A stretch of 64,000 nt of DNA from Kudoa neothunni (Eukaryota > Animalia > Cnidaria): NCBI GenBank assembly GCA_964304625.1, contig OZ199840.1, positions 3,818,290 through 3,882,289 on the forward strand, given 5' to 3'. Shown here piece after piece: positions 22,894-35,889 of the stretch; the first letter of the stretch is position 1, and each line of letters opens with the position of its first letter. Below the pieces are notes generated by a model. That model was not told where the DNA came from and searched no databases. It saw nothing but the letters and a program-made list of their open reading frames with translations. The position numbers and the translations under genes are program-made.

Positions 22894-25800
22894 TTATTTA
22901 GAAGCGTGGGGTTGAATGGTTTGTTTTTCAACGCGAATAACGGCGTGGCCATATAACACTGGGTTGCCTTCGGATAGTATTCCGCAAAATATTTTGTGAA
23001 TTCCTGTGCCCTAGTTTTTTAAATATTCAAATTATTTTTTGAATGCTTTTTGCTTTACTTTAAAAATTACAGAAAACGTGTCATCAATAGTGTTTTTGTG
23101 CCCCATTCTAGTGAATTTGGATGTAGATTTAAATGTGACTCAGCTACCGAGAGTATTACTTTGTTTTAAACTGTTTTATCAGCCCGAGTGACGCTGAGTA
23201 GAAGCATACTGTAGGCTGGATTAGGCGAATTGGTAGAGGGGAGCTTTTAACTCTGAGCGGAGTCGGTGTATTTTCCTCGATTGTTTTGGGAAATTCTATG
23301 GAAACATTCCACAAAGAGAGGGTTGTGTATTCGACTTTCTCAATCGCCTCGCCGTTTCCAATTAAACAAGAAATCGAAACTTTAATGAAAAGTTGATCGA
23401 TGAGTGTTGTTTTGGCGCTGTAGAGGTCGAAAATTTTGGAATTATTAAATTCTGTTAATACGTTATGCCGGCAGTCTAGCAATATTATGTGTTTTGTTAA
23501 AGTGAGAACGAAAAAAAAGCTTAATAAGAATAAACCTGATTCGATAGTCAGTTGCTTAAAACTGAAAAACAAATCCATCAAATTATCATCCCACTCATTC
23601 ACCACTGTTATAGTTGAGGTGACTTTCACTGACAGATTTCTTCTAGAATTATTTCTAAGTGAGATATCATACTGGGTAGTTTGATCTGTTGGTGCTATTT
23701 TAGTGATATTGACCTGGATAGTGGGATCGTTTGAAATAGTGGGGATTGTACTAATCCCATATTTCATAATTTTGTACTGAAACATATTTTCTAAATAGCT
23801 ACTGTGAATCTGACGAAAATCGGTTGTTAGATCGTGAATTTTCTCTCCTTTTGAGTCGCATGTGGCTATCATCCTAGCGAAAGAGCTAGAGCTGATAACC
23901 TTAATGGATGATGGATTGGCTCTCAGTTTGAATTCTTTGTAGATCTTTTTGATTGAAAACGAATTGATAGCATTGTAAAAATAGCGAGTTTCGCAAAAAT
24001 TGTCAAACTCGGCATTTCTAATGTTAGACACCGCTGCAGGCCCAATATGAGAAAGATGTTTTTGTTTGAACAAAGGCATTACGTTTATTACAAAGTTCTT
24101 CTCAGAATATTGCTTGGGATTTAAACTTATTTGAATCCAACAGTGGTAAGGTCTATAAATGTCATACAATTACTCAATATTACAGATCTCATTTGGATAG
24201 TAAAATAATAATAAATTATCCAAAAAATTATTTAGTAAGCATAAAGCAAAAATTTTATTAATATTTAATTAAATAAGTTTGCATATTTTGTTAGTATTTC
24301 TTTTGTAAATAGTTTCAAATTTGAATTTGAACGGGATAAATTATTTTTCAATAAATTAGATAAATCCATTAATATAAAATTTCGTAGATTTAAATAAATT
24401 AAAATTGCCGATATATTTGTTTATAATAAATTCGATAGATTATACCCATTTTTTGGGTAATAAAAGTCATTTTAAAAAAATTATTTTGACTTTATTAAAA
24501 TAAATAATCCATTATTTGACAATAATTATGTTGATAATATTGCTGTAATGCATAAAAAATATTTTATTGAATTTTTGTAATCTATGATTTTATAAGATTC
24601 AAAAATAAAAATGATTAATTTGTCCTTATTTTTTTAATAACAAACAAAATTACGATTAAATAATTGATTTAAAGTCTATAATTTAAAATATAGCTAAAAA
24701 AATTTACATAAAGTACACTTCGATTTGATATATACTACAAACATTCTTATAAACTATTCATATCATATCGTTTGGTGATTAAAGATCTCATGATGAAAAT
24801 CTCTATTATAGAGAATTAATCTCGAATACACTCTTATCTCAATAAATAATTAAATCAATCAATCAATCAATCAATCAAAATTCAAATAAATTTATTAATT
24901 AATAGGGAATGTCTTTTAACTTTATTGAGTCGTTAATGACAACAAATACTTGGAGAAGCTTGAATCTGTACCATCTACAATACCGCTTTCATTGAAATAG
25001 CGGATCTTTTCCATGGTTCCGTTGTTGTTGTGGTTACACACAAAACAAGTGACTATTTGTGAAGGAATTCCAAGGAATCTCAATACTTATTTAGTGTAAT
25101 TAGTTTTTGTAACTAATCGAAAATTACTTGACAGATAAAATCCACACACAACTGCAGAGTTTCTAATTGTGATCGCGGTTTGATTGGAATCGAGGTGTTG
25201 CTTGAGCAAACCCAGCGAAGAAAACAACACCAGAACTTCCTCATCAATTTTCTCATTGTAATCACACAGAGAATATCTGCTTGTGAATATTTTATGCTCG
25301 GGGCCTCTCCAGAGCTAACCAATATCCAATATATTCAGTTAATTGCTATACATCAAAATCCGATAATTACCATTATAGCAATGGTCCGGCATAGATTCAA
25401 TATATCTTGAGATATTTGCTGAGGTAGTTGACTAATGAAATCCACAACAAATGTTGCAAACAACCAATGAAACTATTCTTTGTAAATTTTATTAATAAAA
25501 AATTAATTGAACTTTAATTGACCTGATTTAATTCCCATAAAACAGTGGTTGGGTTTGGTTCTAACCCCATTGCAATGTAGGTAAAATCCTGAGCAACATA
25601 GGGGTTAACATCCCCATTGAAATAGGTGGTATCATCTAAACCGCATAACCAATTAATAGATGAATAAGAGTGTGACAAATTTTACTAACCCGGATTCCAA
25701 GGATTACATAAAATAAACAGTTGAAAGGTTTTATAGACAGAGTTGTTTAGAGTGAGAATGAAGTCAGACATACCAATGGGAATACCGATAGGCAGCTGAA

Positions 25801-26216
25801 ACATCGTTTGAAGGGTTTGTTCCGTTTGGGGACTCAAATGTGTTGGGTTACCCACATCAAGAAGTTTAATCTAAAATAGAATGTTTTTATAATAACAGCG
25901 GCGAACAAACTGAGTATCATATCTATCCAAAAGCAACAACTCTAGGAGTAAAATAAGATGGAATAAATACGTGGATTTTAATGGATTGTGAAGGATCGGT
26001 AGAGATGCAACAGTCAACGCACAGAGACACACTGTCAGGTGTCAGTGTGAATTCTTCATTAGAACAACCACTCAGAGTCAAGGTTAACACCACACAATCC
26101 CCTCTACGAACCAAATTTACATTGGGAATTTCTGGCAGACGAACTGGGTAGCAGTAATCACTCTTGGGTATTATGTGTAGATGTGTAATTTGAATGAAAT
26201 TCATATGATTTGACAT
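22894..26216 (-). CDS. Transglutaminase-family protein, catalytic triad degenerate
   Basis: LVRRGD, LFILCNPWNP, WELNQF, LRFLGIPSQIVT, YHCW, GPAAVSNIR and a C-terminal beta-barrel exon GTGIHKIFCGILSE..YGHAVIRV follow the animal TGase domain order. Multi-exon. Confidence 0.85.
24853..24878 (+). repeat. (AATC)n microsatellite in the transglutaminase intron
   Basis: AATC repeated about six times in tandem. Confidence 0.85.
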
Positions 26217-26685
26217 TGTGGCTATTCGGCGTTTACATAGTACGCTATTTTGTTACTAGGGGAAAATATAAAGGGCTTAATTTAATTGCAAATGGTTACA
26301 CCAATAATACTAACTGACTACTGTTAATTTTGACGTTTAATACCAGACTGTTGCTAGGATATTAAAACTATTCTTAATTTCAACATATAATTGCGTAATG
26401 AATATGCATGAAGTTCTAGGATAAAAATACTAAAACCAGACATGAATTTTAACAACTATCCAAGGAGTTGATTTCTAAAAGTACAAAGTCCCACTTTGAG
26501 AGTTCAGCAAACCCAAAGATTATCGCTAATATCAATAATAAAATTGTTTTTGGTTAACAATCAAATGTATTGCGTCAAAAAAATGAAAGAAGTAAAAATT
26601 CACGTATTATACTACAAAATAAACATCCTAATAAGTGAATAAATACATAACATTTAACTATAAGAAGCCAAACATTTTCTAAGTT

Positions 26686-29600
26686 TTAATCATCTTGTGA
26701 AGTCTCATAAGAACTTTCTTCTTGGTTTTCCTGTTGGAGTTTGTTTCGTTCCTTTCTTTGACGGTGCTTAACCCGAATACGTTCTCGTTCGATTTCTCTA
26801 TCTAAACGATCTTCATCTTTGAGTTGTTGGTTAGCTAGCAGCAGATTCAAACCTTGATTATCTAAAATAAAATATAACATTATCCAATTTGTAAACGTTT
26901 TAACTGAAAAGAATATAAATTATTCGTTTATTTACAAATAAGCAACTTCGAGATAAATAACGAAAAAAATAAATTTCCCAACTATTACGAATACCTTTAT
27001 CCGGTTGATCCTCATCTGCCATTTCATCAAATACGATTTTCGTATTGACATTTATTCCCTTTTTCAACAGTCGTTTGGCGACTCCAATTTTGGTTTTTCG
27101 TTTAAGAGAGTTGTTGAAAGCGAATGTTCGAATTAACTCATCCTAGACATCATCAATTAGCCTCAGCCAAACATAAAACGTATAAAGCTCACATTTGGAG
27201 CAGGGAGTTCAGTTGGATTGGATGATTTGACAAGAAAATCATCATCTGATTCTTCGGCAGAAAAATCCATATTGAAGTCTTTTTTCAAATCCAAATTTGA
27301 ACCTTCAGTAGATGGTTGAGAATCGTTGAAGTTGAGACACAAGTCCAACGAAGATAACCCCAATGAGCTAATTAATTATAAGCAAATTTGAGCCTGCCTA
27401 AATTGATTACATGGCGTATTTGTTGTAGTCGATTAGAGAGGATCGGAAAATGTTTTTGTTCGATTGGATTGAAATGGTTTTCTTATAAGCATTCACGCAC
27501 TGTAAAATAATGTAAGTTGAGTGAAAAATTTAAATAAGTATGGAGCTATTATCAGAGATCAGTTTAATTCAAATTCCAGAATTTTAAAACTCATCAACTC
27601 ATCCCACTAAAGTAATACAACATTGATTTTATAGGCATACAAGAATTTATAATTGACGAACTAATAACGCTACGGAGGAACCACCCATATAGTTCATTAT
27701 AGCTGTATCTATGCTAACGCTAATTCAACTGATTTTCTCTGAAAATTGTCACAATTAACATATATATATATATATATCTATAGAAAATGGCAGATAATTA
27801 CACGTTGGGCGGACAACATAAATTCTTTGTCCCTAATACAAAACGACTGTAACTTCTTTGTGACATCGTGCTCATTTGTTTTGAAGCTAGCATAAAAATA
27901 TTACAATTTTGATAATCCTAATAACATACAAAGTTTGAAAAATGGGAATTTTGTTGTGCTTTAGCCTTTTTAAGATCTCCTTTTCACTTGGCATCAGCAC
28001 CAACAATGCTTTTCCATCTTTATTGAGCCTATAATTGAGCTTAAAAAAATCAAAATATTTCAATTGAATTACCTCGCAGTACGACCAACACGATGAATGT
28101 AGGTGATGGAATCAGATGGGCAATCAAGTTGAACCACCCAATCTACTGAAGGAAAATCTATCCTGAAATAAACAAAATCAGACACAACAATCGTATTACC
28201 GAGTCCTCTTGAAGCCAAATCGGTGGAAAAAAGCGCACACGCTGTTTTTGAACAAAAAGTCTCAAAAGATTCCAACCGCCGTGTTTGTTTTTGTCCACCA
28301 TGTAAGGTTATCACAGGCATACCAACACGAAGTTTGGTAAAGCATTCAGATAAATATTTGGCCTGTTTACAGCACGACACAAATATTATTATTTTTGATT
28401 TTGTGTGCGCCTTCAAGAATTGATGCATAAAATTGACCTTCTCAGAAACCTCGCACACTACAAAGCTCTATAAGATTGGCATTAAAAGATAGTTTATTAT
28501 CAACTCGAATGAGAAACAAATAAATATCTTCATTATTTTAATCAATTATAATTTATCTAATAAATTTAAACCATTTACTTAAGAAATAATAGAAAAAATT
28601 TTCTTTTAACAATAATTGTAATTCACATAAATATTAATTAATAAAATTATGCGCTTCGTTTACGATACTAAACATTTTGTTATTTTTTAACGTAATTCTA
28701 TTAAAATAATATATTTTTCATTTCTAATAAAAATAAATAAATTAAATCTTAGATTAATTAAATTAGTAAGAATAAACTAATTTCTCCTGAATATCCAGAA
28801 TATGTATACACAATTGAAAATCAATTAGCCGAAAAATTTGAGACTATCGATTTTCTTTCCGGATAGCGAGGTTCCTCTTAATTGAACATAACAATGTCAT
28901 ATACGCGCACATTTTTCGAAATTGTTACTTAAAGGATTAATTATTTGATTTATGAACAATTTTTACAATTTGTTAAGTAAAATATTTTAACTTAGGCAAT
29001 TTAAATTAAAAATATTGGCATATTTGTTAATTAAGAATAAGAAGACTTAAAAAGAAATAAAATACGTAATTATAGAAAAACACGCCTACAGAGGAGTAAT
29101 CTCCTCTTTAAAAATAATCGGGGTTAAAATGAAGAATGGTGGCCACATTTTCCGTTTAAAGATTATAATTATTTCGTAGAGTAATCCTGAGCATTTTCCA
29201 ACATATTAGCATGAAATATGTTGAATATTTGACGGTAGGAATGAGTGGATTAATTATAATAAATTATTTTCGATATTAACGTTATGCATTTGATACAATT
29301 TAACACCTAATGTTTGAAGAAAATATGAATTTCTTATTCTTATAGACATAGAATTAATGATAGGCAATCGCAAATGATGAAATATGACAATCGACAAAAA
29401 ATCATGGTTGTCACTCAAATTTTAAGATAAAAACGTATGCTTTACTCGATCGATTAAATGGTATGACCTGTGGAAATAACTACGAGGGGCTAGCAGTTAT
29501 TTATATGATAGATTACAACAACTATTATCGATAACAAATACAGTGTCGAAAATAACCTGCTGGTGGTGAAACAATGATAAATACAAAAAAAATAAAATAA

Positions 29601-31099
29601 TCAACAGGTTCGATTTTTATCGTGGTCGCTGATTTGGGTTACGGCCATTATTCTACATTTTCACCGGCATATATGCTACATTGTACATGTCTTACGGTGA
29701 TTGGTAGCACTTTAATCCAGAATTATGATTAAATAGTTGTTCCGGATAATCAAACATTTATCGACACGTAATTTCAATAAAATACAAACAAAATTTAAAA
29801 TATCTTTCGGATAATCAAATTCCGATTAATCGAGATTCGAATATATATATATATATATATATATGCCATGAATCAATAACATAATCTAATAATTTATTTG
29901 GAATTAAATTTTGAGGGGAACGAAACAATTAATATTATTAAAAATTCTACATTAACTGCATTAAATGAGTGGGAATGTATTACATTTCGAATCAAGAGAA
30001 AAAATTACTTGAACTAATTGGTTAGGAGTAGAAAACTTTTCATCCAGATCAGCATGTATAAAGGAAGGTTGTTTGTTCAGACAAGCTTTTGCTAGTTCCA
30101 TAACGTTTCTAAATGATAAAAGGATAGCTTAGGAAGAGTGTTCATTAAAAAATTAACTTGTCTTGAGTGGCAGAATAAAGCATCGTTTGTCGTGATTTTG
30201 GTAAAAAGTCCAAAATAGCCAACATTTCTTTTTGAAATCCCATATCCAATATTTTGTCTGCCTCATCCAGCACTAATAATTTTAAATGGGTCACATCTAG
30301 ATCAGGATTTTCGTTCATGTGTTGTAGTAGGCGACCAGGTGTGCATATCAGAATGCACATATTTTTCACATGTTTTTTCTCCCCCTCTATATCTTTTCCA
30401 CCTCCGATTAGTAGTCCAGCCGAAAAATTGTGATATTTCCCCACATCATGCAGTACATGAAATGTTTGGTAGGCCTGTTGGTTGAAACGATATTATTCCA
30501 ACACAAACTCTACAGTTTGATTACGAGTTCTCTTGTGGGTGAGATTACCAAGGCTCCTAATCCGTCAAAATGAGACCATTGTTGTCGCCACAAATTCTCC
30601 AACAACTAAAGCCCATACACACAAATTCAATTGGTTTCCATTATACAACAAAATAATTTTTTACAGGAATAAGAAAAGCCCCTGTTTTTCCACTTCCAGT
30701 TTTAGCCGTTCCGAAAATATCATTGTTTTTCAATCCCTTATATATACCTTGAATCTGGATTGGTGTGGGTTTGGTAAAATTCAGTTGTTTTAGAGCTAAA
30801 AAACAAGTCCCATTTTAATCCAATTAATTATTTTAGTGATTGCTACCCTGTTTAGTTTTTGATGATATTGGATAGTCAGAAAATGGAAGTTGTTCATCAA
30901 TCTCGGTCTGTGAAAAGTTTATTTCACATAAGAGATATACAGATTTGTTTGTTACCATTAACGCAAGCCTTTTTGTCAATTCTTCTCTCTCATTCGTTTC
31001 TTCCTCTACTTTGATTTTTTTTGTTTCCTTTTTCAGTGCCTGTTTATTTCTAAAGATTGTTCGCTTTAAGGGATTTTTTTGGGAACTTTGATAAGGCAT
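26686..31099 (-). CDS. DDX10: DEAD-box RNA helicase DDX10/Dbp4
   Basis: PTPIQ, AKTGSGKT, GLGALVISPTREL, NFSAGLLIGG, TPGRLLQHM, DEAD, SAT and HRVGRTAR motifs; C-terminal EDRLDRE..RIRVKHRQRK. The helicase-core exons I checked splice in frame. Confidence 0.92.
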
Positions 31100-34000
31100 G
31101 ATAAAACTCGGGGATGTATTCTTGTTGCGTGCGCATTATTTACAAGCTGTTAAAATTAACTGCTAGCAACGTTGCGTTAATTTTTATTTCATTAAAAAAT
31201 CATATTTCATGAGTATTTGTAAACCTTGTTTGAAAAACTTTTTCTAATATTTTATTAGTCAATTAAATAATAATTAATAAAATGTAAAGATCAAAACCTA
31301 TTAACGTTAATCCTTGCGGGGTCTGCCATAATTTTAAGGTGAGTCATTAGATCTTAGTTTAAAAAATCACCTCCTACTAATGTAAAAAATGTTAGAATAA
31401 TTGTATAACATATAGTTCTACATAAGAGAATGAACAATTTGTTTTCGGGTTTTATCTTTGTAATAAATAAAGTTGGTAAAAGTGTACTTAACGGCTGTTG
31501 AAATTCTATATGAAAAGATGAATTTTTATAATATTATTTTTTGAAATACTTCAAATGTAGGAAATTACACAAAACCTACTAAATATATTATGTGTAGAGT
31601 TTTTCTAATTTTCATTGTATACTGGTATTTGTTTCTATAAGCTTTATTACAATCCTTTATTAGTTCTTAGTTTTTAATTTAAATTATCATAGTATTATTT
31701 CTATGTGACTTTGATTAATAATTATATTTTTATAGTATACGAAATTTTCAAAATTATCATGAATATAAACATGGATACTTGCTAATAAATATAGATTAAA
31801 ATATAATTAATCATTGTTTAGTTTATAAATTTTTTGTATAGACAAATCAAAAGTATTGTGGAAAACAAAATGTGTTTTTAGTTAAAAATTTACACTTGTT
31901 TTTTCTTCTATTCACCAAATCTTAATATTGGCACAAAAACCAATTAATTAATAAAAAAATTATTTTTATTATCTCAATTTTAGTTGACTTAAAAAAAAAC
32001 TTCAATAATAGGGAAAACACATGATTTATTGTTTTGTAACTAAATTGCTTAATCTTGGCTACCTGAGAATCATTCCGAAATGTTAAAGTTTAGGTTTAAG
32101 AAATGGAATTCTCTAAAACTATACATTATATTATTATAACAAAATATATTTCAATCTACCTTATATCAACTTATGATTTGAATTTTTTAATTATTTTTAA
32201 AAATTTATACTTCAATACCTTCGATTATTGTGACAGCAACAATAGATACGTAACTCCTATTAGAATCTAACATTAATATACAGTATTTCAAAATCAACTT
32301 GCAACTTTTAACAAAAATATTTTAAATCTTTAAGTTAGAATAATATCAGAACCCAGACACCTGGTAAAATGTATTTCAGAATAATTTAACACTCGAACTG
32401 AGTCGACAAATTTCACCATAAATGAGTTTGGGGTCATTTCTGACCTCAGGATAAAAATAGTAGTTTTACGAATAAATTATTTCATCACAACGACAAACAT
32501 ATTAAGATTTTTAAAATATAATCTAATTATAATTTTTTATGCAATTTTCACATAATGTTACTATATAGGGTTAAACAAAGGTTTCCCACAATTTTAGTAT
32601 CAAGTTAAACATTTGCTATGATGCTCCCTTGGGAAAATGGAACATATTTTCCTTTAAATTAAATCTCATTTTAGCGAAATTTGACTCTGGTTAGTTACCA
32701 TGTCAATGTCAATGTCATATTCATTTTAAATTTTTTTAACAATGATGCAATTAAATATTATTACAGTTGAAAAACGTAATAAAATATTTGTATAAAAGGC
32801 GGGTTTAAAAATGTTAATTTTTAATTATGAAGCAAAAAATATGATAATTAAATCCAAAAAATCCAATTTAGTACAATATATTATTCGCATTTTAATACTT
32901 ATTTATAATGATGTTTTAGTTTATAATTTTTTTTAGCGGTTTTTAATAGTTAAATTTAATCAACAAAGGTTAAACAGAAATATTTAACTTTTTCTAAATT
33001 ACTTTTTTTCATCATAATGATCAACAAACAAATTGAGAGTTCAATGTCTCAACGTAGTTTTTTCCCTAATTGTTTATAATTTAATTCATCGATAACAATC
33101 TTATTTTCCTAAAAAAATATTATACTAGGAGTTACATAAAAATAAAATATTATGGATTTCAGGAAATAAAAAATAAAAATTCTGCACCATACAACCATTA
33201 GATTGCGCAGACATAAAAACAAAACTTAATAATGTTTCAAAATTAAGATAAAGTATTATTATTTTAAAAAAATGTTATACGCGTGAGTTATTTTTTTATC
33301 ACATCATTTTAATATTTTATGTAAGGATTAACGAATTTGTTAATCCATTTGCACCTTTATATACATATCTTGCGAATTTTAGAGAATAGACACTTTAGTT
33401 TATTATATATCAATAAAAATTGATTTTAATTGATTCATTAAATCGAAAGAAAATAAAATTGAATTATATTCTTATTACTGATTGTTGTTAGTTAGATTCG
33501 TCAAAGATTCTATCGTATCACGTATATTTTATTTATCATCAATTTGATCGTTGATATTTGGCTCTCAGAGATATATGCATCAAAGAAGTCAATTTCGATT
33601 TAGTAATTAAGCTCACGGTTTTCTATATACAATATTTAAATATCATCCACTTTGTTAACATTATTCATTTGTCAAAATTACATCAATAACATTAAATATA
33701 ATAAAGATATTTTCGAATTTAATCAGCAATTAAAACTCTGCTTTAATGAAGAAATTTATTTTGTATTTTTATTATCTTTTTTATGAAATAAAATAGAGTT
33801 AATTTAACTCTAAAACAATCTAATAATAAAAGCGTAAATTCATGTGTTATCAATATAGTTTAAAATCAATGAATCAACTCATATTTAAATAACAACATGT
33901 AATCCTGTAAGGAAACTAAAGTGCTAAGAAATTTGTACATGTGAATAAAAATTAAAATTATAAAAATATTTCTGGTCCACTTTATTGACTATTAGTTCAA

Positions 34001-34450
34001 TTTTTGTTATTTAATAAATTTACCATGAATAATTTTTATTAACAAAAAAATTGAAAAACGTTGAAATCAACGTTTAATTTCGTTCGACACCTTTAACATT
34101 ATAATCACCAAATAATGATTATACACTTTGATTTGGAGATATTGTTATATTTTTAATGATGACTAAAATTAATGCGCGATATCAATTTGTTAGCATTTGT
34201 AAAAAAATTTTTTTTAAATAAATAATTCAAAATGTTTCCCTAATAGCTTAAAAGACTTATAAGATAGAACAGCACTTTATAAAACGATGAAATAATGACA
34301 CACAACGAAAAGTGCGCAATAACCGTCGTTGACTGTAATAGGAAATTTAAACTGCATTTCACATAAGCACAAACAACCATTTTGATCACATAAGGTATAT
34401 ATCATATTTAATTCAGCTTATTATTATTATTATTTTAATTCCAAGCTAAA

Positions 34451-34745
34451 ATGACTGAAATTCGAAAAAAAGTTTATGACGAGAATAGAAAATTTAATGA
34501 CGCCTGGATAGAAAAATATGATTTTATTCCACCGGGGACGAATATTGTTTGCTTGCTATGTTATTCGTTATTCAATTTAAAAAATTTAGTGAACTTGTTG
34601 TCTATGAATTATTTTGAATGTTGCGTTTCGAAATTAGTAAATTTATCCAGAGTGTGAGCTATAACTTTAGCTTTAAATTTTCTGATCCTGGAAGTTTTCT
34701 AAGATTAAAATTTGGCCGGCGGCTCCATAAGTTTGTGCACCACTG
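34451..34745 (+). mobile_element. hAT (Charlie/SPIN/GTF2IRD2-type) internally deleted transposon
   Basis: RKKVYDENRKFNDAWIEKYDFI..IVCLLC is the typical N-terminus of these transposases. Right end AAGTTTGTGCACCACTG; left end not located. Confidence 0.7.
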
Positions 34746-35889
34746 TTATAGAGTGGGCTACATTATTTGTCTCAGCCCATAATGATAATCTATCAAATAT
34801 TATCACATAGATATTGAAAATCCAGATTCATCCATAAAAACCATATTAGGTAATTTTATGTATTTAATTTCAAATATTCGATCGCACCATTAAAATTTTG
34901 AACATAAATGTTTAATAGTTAAAATCCTTGTTCGTTTAGAAATATTAATAAGAGAATTTCTCGCTGCAGCTACAAATAAGATTGATTAAACTGGAGAAGA
35001 ACTCGGCATATCTCCTTGGTGCACCTAACGGTTGCATGTTGATCCGAAATCTCGTAGTGACGCGCACGCTAATTGCAAGCCGATCTTAAAACACTGTATA
35101 TATTATTCATTTTTTTATAAACAAATTCTTAATTTTTCTAAATCGTTAATAAATCATAAAAAAGTTGAATTGATTAAATTTAAGTCTTAGACTATAATTT
35201 TATAGTAATACATAATGCATTTGTTGAGAAATTCATTGTCTGAGATATAGCCATTTCCAATATTAAACTTCAAGACGCATATTGTTAGAACCTTCCTACT
35301 GCGACTTAAATTCAATAATGAAAATAACTTCCCGTTTTGTGAATTTACTGTAATTGTATTATGTATAGTGGATATTTAAAAAAATTAATAAATATTACGA
35401 AAGATTAGGCGTAAAAAATAAGCTCTAAAATATTATACATGGGAAAATTTCACAAAACATATATCCCATATTTTAATCGATGTAATAGAAATAAGAAATA
35501 TCAAAATATTATTCCAATTAAAGGATTAATAATCATACAGATTTTAGATTATTATCGAGTATAGAGGAATAAACACATCACGATCATATTTTTGAGGTTT
35601 CCTCAACTTATTAGATAACTTTGATAACTGATGCTGCTAAGAATTTAAATGACTGATGAAAATAATTGTGAGGTAATTTCTAATTACGATCATTAAAAAG
35701 GAAATCTTAAAATTATCTGATCATGCGATAGAAAATAATTATAATTGAGATCGAGAAAAATAAAGTGCGTGAAATAAATGTACTGATAAGTCTAATAAAA
35801 TAATCTAGAAAAGTGCATTTAACTAAATAATAATGATGAAATAACGGCTGAGGAGCGATTTGGGTTGGCTGGGGGAAATGGTCGTATTT

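Noticed and set aside
31200-34400. Genes or CRISPR-like arrays in the long AT-rich gap
   Set aside because: No ORFs, no regular repeat-spacer pattern, and the context is eukaryotic.
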